From NCBI GenBank assembly GCA_021847505.1, contig JAJZEO010000016.1:12177-76176 (forward strand): a DNA stretch of 64,000 bases. Reading direction: 5' to 3'. The notes below the pieces were generated by a model. It was not told where the DNA came from and did no database searches. It saw only the letters and a program-made list of their open reading frames with translations. Positions 61,297 to 64,000 of this stretch are shown one piece after another (positions within the stretch are counted from its first letter, which is position 1; each line of letters begins with the position of its first letter). A program made the translations under genes and the position numbers. This stretch comes from a bacterium. GTDB lineage: Bacteria; Chlamydiota; Chlamydiia; Chlamydiales; 2-12-FULL-49-11.

Positions 61297-63117
61297 ATGT
61301 CTAGTTCTTGCTTGGTTCACCGGGTTAAAAGAATGTCATTATCAAAGCCTTCCGGCTTTACCGGCCGACACCCGTTTGGGTTTCTCAATGTTTCGCAATT
61401 TTGTACGGCACTTAACGACAACTTGTTTAAATTTCTCACGATTTTCTTGCTCATCGATATCAAGGGGGTTGCCTCCTCTAACGACATTCTCTTTTTCATC
61501 GGGGTTGCTTTCGTACTTCCTTTCTTGATGTTTTCATCCTGTGGGGGCGTTTTAGCCGATCGATTCAGTAAGCAAAAGATGATCATCTATACCAAAATCC
61601 TCGAGGTCATGATCCTCTCTTTGGCTTTTTTTGTCTATGCCCATAAGATGGTTTTTGGCTGTTATGGCTTGGTTTTTCTCATGTCTCTTCAAAGTGCCTT
61701 GCTCGGTCCCTCTAAATATAGCATAGTCCCTGAGCTAGTCAGAAGAGAACAGATTCCTAAGGCAAATGGATTATTGACGAGTTGCACCTATTTGGCGATC
61801 ATTGCGGGGACTTTTTTGGCTACATTTTTGACCGACATCACCCACAAAAACTTTCAATTTTGCCTCACGGTTTGCTGGGTTTCTGCTATCGTTGGTTTAA
61901 TTACAGCGCTTTACATCCCGCATACTGAATCTAAAAAGACTAAGGGCAAGATTCTAAATCCCAATGTGCTTACCCAAGTCTACAACACGATGAAGTATTG
62001 CAAAAAGACCCCCCGACTTCGATTGGCCGTTTTAGGGTCGGCCTTTTTTCTCTTTATCGGAGGTTATTTGCAATTGAATATCATCCCTTATGCAATTGAG
62101 TTTCTCTCTATGACAGAGACGGGAGGGGGGTATTTATTCTTTGCAACGGCTGTGGGGATCGCCCTTGGTTCCTTAGTGGGAGGTAAGGCGTGTCGAAAAG
62201 AGGTCGACCTGGGACTTGCCTGCTTTGCCCTCTTTATTTTGTGCCTTATGATGTATGGTCTCGTCCTTTCTTCTCATCACTTGGTGTTTGCTGTAGCTTC
62301 TCTTGTAGGGCTTGGATTCTTTGGGGGGATGTTTGTGGTGCCTCTAGATTCTTACATTCAAACGTTTAGTCCCTCTGAGATTCGGGGGCAGGTAGTGGCA
62401 GCTGCAAGCTTCTTGAGCTTCTTTTGCCTACTCTTAGCTCCGTTGGCGCTCTTTGTGTTTGGGAATCTGCTTCATGTCTCCTCACGTACGGGCTTTATCT
62501 TCATTGGGGCGATCATTTTTGCTGTATTTTTGTTCCTCGTCAAACATTTAACGGCCCCTTTTGCTCATTACATTTCTAGAAGAATCGTTCAGCCCTTCTT
62601 TGACCTTCACTTTATTGGATACCCCTTTGTGGCCGGCCACCAAGAGGACAAAGTGGCGATTGTTCTCAGAAAAAACGGTTGGCTTGATCTATTGCTCCTC
62701 TTAGGTGAGAGTTCAAAGTGCCATCTTTTTGTCGTCAAGTCGCAAAAGAGGCGCATGGATAAGTTCTTAAAGCTTTTTATTTCCGTCGAATTCATTTATG
62801 CTCACGAGGGGCAAGTGGTTGATCCACAGCTCATTTCTCAAAGAAATCAAGCTCTTCGGCTATCGATCAAGCCGGTGTTCGTGTTTGCTTGTGCAAGGGC
62901 CTACCAGCAATTTGTTGAACAGCAGTTTTTCGAAATTCTTCAAAGTGAGCATGGATATTCAGTGAAGCGGTTTATTTTGAAGAACCAATCTCACTTCAAA
63001 CCCGATTGGAGCAAGCCTTTGCAATATAGACAAATGACCTTCCAGTTTGAGAATTGGGTGCCCTCTAAGAGAGAGGCCAAAACCATTTCTTCTTCCTTGT
63101 CAGAAGTTAGAACTTAA
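61297..63117 (+). CDS. lplT: Lysophospholipid transporter LplT-like MFS protein with extra ~190-aa C-terminal domain
   Basis: 606 aa. 'NVSQFCTALNDNLFKFLTIFLL' is the typical LplT N-terminus, followed by about 12 TM helices. The soluble C-terminal domain has a degenerate acyltransferase-like box 'VAGHQEDK'. Confidence 0.65.
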   Translation: MSSSCLVHRVKRMSLSKPSGFTGRHPFGFLNVSQFCTALNDNLFKFLTIFLLIDIKGVASSNDILFFIGVAFVLPFLMFSSCGGVLADRFSKQKMIIYTKILEVMILSLAFFVYAHKMVFGCYGLVFLMSLQSALLGPSKYSIVPELVRREQIPKANGLLTSCTYLAIIAGTFLATFLTDITHKNFQFCLTVCWVSAIVGLITALYIPHTESKKTKGKILNPNVLTQVYNTMKYCKKTPRLRLAVLGSAFFLFIGGYLQLNIIPYAIEFLSMTETGGGYLFFATAVGIALGSLVGGKACRKEVDLGLACFALFILCLMMYGLVLSSHHLVFAVASLVGLGFFGGMFVVPLDSYIQTFSPSEIRGQVVAAASFLSFFCLLLAPLALFVFGNLLHVSSRTGFIFIGAIIFAVFLFLVKHLTAPFAHYISRRIVQPFFDLHFIGYPFVAGHQEDKVAIVLRKNGWLDLLLLLGESSKCHLFVVKSQKRRMDKFLKLFISVEFIYAHEGQVVDPQLISQRNQALRLSIKPVFVFACARAYQQFVEQQFFEILQSEHGYSVKRFILKNQSHFKPDWSKPLQYRQMTFQFENWVPSKREAKTISSSLSEVRT

Positions 63118-63880
63118 TGCTTAGATCGGTTCCGACAGCTGTCTCAGCAAGAAGTCTTGCCTCCACATTAAATGAAAAGTATTTGTGACTTGAAATCGTC
63201 AACCCTAGAACGACCCCATTTTTTTGTGGATTGATGAATTGAACTTGCGGAGTAGGACTGAACGCAGGGGGAAGGTTAGAGAGTCTAGAGGAGTAATAGG
63301 TGTAATACCAACCGATATAAGGAATGAGAAAATTGAGGGTGTAACCGAGTTGAACGCCCCCTTGGGCTTCCCATGAGTGGAGTCTTGTATTATTGGGAAT
63401 TGGCACCCGCACCCCATTATTTTTTAAAATGCCTAGTCGGTCAACTTCAGACATACACTGTGCCCAAGTGGAGAAGGTAAAATTTTGACTATCGAAGATG
63501 ATCAATTGTCCTTCGACCACGTAGGCATATGAGTTTTTTACCTGGACATACAGGGGTTGATTTTGGATTCCTTTAAAAGAGAAACTCGTTGCGTTAGACA
63601 TGAAATAGGCATAAATATTTAAGCGGTGTCTAATGTCGAGATTTACAGAAACACCTGTTCCGTTTCGACTGTAACCGCTTACGTCACTTCCGTTAACAAC
63701 TTGTAGTTCTTTTCCATTAGTCCAGTCATCGATCAAAGCAAACTTAATGGAGACAGGGTCATCCGGAGAGGTGAGAACACCTTCCTCAATGCTTTTTGGA
63801 TCAGCGCTATTGCCCACATAAAAGGCAGCTAAGGGAAGCCAAAGAAGAGCAAAAATTAGTGCAAAAAGTCTCGTGATCAA
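63107..63880 (-). CDS. Outer-membrane beta-barrel protein
   Basis: 257 aa with signal peptide MITRLFALIFALLWLPLAAFYV, amphipathic beta-strands and C-terminal '...GTDLSIKF'. Confidence 0.5.
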   Translation of the reverse strand: MITRLFALIFALLWLPLAAFYVGNSADPKSIEEGVLTSPDDPVSIKFALIDDWTNGKELQVVNGSDVSGYSRNGTGVSVNLDIRHRLNIYAYFMSNATSFSFKGIQNQPLYVQVKNSYAYVVEGQLIIFDSQNFTFSTWAQCMSEVDRLGILKNNGVRVPIPNNTRLHSWEAQGGVQLGYTLNFLIPYIGWYYTYYSSRLSNLPPAFSPTPQVQFINPQKNGVVLGLTISSHKYFSFNVEARLLAETAVGTDLSIKF

Positions 63881-64000
63881 AATAACCCCTCAACAACCTT
63901 CTTTTTAAAAGAGTGTAATAAAATGTACAAATGTTTTATCTAAGAAAAGAAGGGAAGGAATTTTTCATGCGCACATTTAATGTCAAAATCTCTTCGGCAG

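Noticed and set aside
63967-64000. An ATG-initiated reading frame at the extreme right edge (MRTFNVKISSA...).
   Set aside because: Only 11 codons are visible, so it cannot be evaluated.

Overview
This 64-kb window looks like chromosome from an environmental chlamydia-like (phylum Chlamydiae) endosymbiont. The evidence is a 715-aa GreA with a long N-terminal extension, a 544-aa long-form ThyX, a TyrP-type permease, MOMP-like beta-barrels ending in aromatic residues, and Inc-like bilobed membrane proteins.

The window has three parts:
- (1) 1-15.9 kb is an AT-rich island. Hand counts of sample 60-nt lines give about 30-35% G+C, against about 45-50% in core genes. It holds 16 intact ORFs and one pseudogene, all glycan-modifying: GT2, GT25, GT10 and GT11 fucosyltransferases, exostosin/GT47-like, GT32-like, FkbM- and DUF268-type methyltransferases. 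Every one has a Sec-type N-terminal signal peptide or anchor. There are no nucleotide-sugar, flippase, polymerase or initiating-transferase genes.
- (2) 15.9-46.8 kb and 54-64 kb are core genes: uvrB, greA, thyX, tyrP-like, rdgB, oppA-like, 5-formyl-THF cyclo-ligase, dusB, glk, recA, ispA-like, tRNA-Pro(GGG), ung, dapA, thrS, recC-recB-recD and an lplT-like gene, with porin-like OMPs interspersed.
- (3) 46.8-54 kb is an accessory block of six uncharacterised genes. It contains a 722-aa protein with a papain-like Cys/His/Asn pattern, a protein with a textbook eukaryotic IQ motif, and a tandem family of four Inc-like membrane proteins, one fused to a GxSxG hydrolase.

A dispersed G-rich hexamer repeat, (GGGCAR)n, occurs four times, always G-rich on the + strand:
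- An identical 25-mer forms or abuts two convergent gene junctions.
- One copy extends dapA.
- One copy encodes a PLPLPL tract inside recB.
- One copy abuts the tRNA.

uvrB is a GC3/C3-rich codon-usage outlier that sits directly against the AT-rich island. I found no rRNA, CRISPR array, transposase, integrase or prophage genes.
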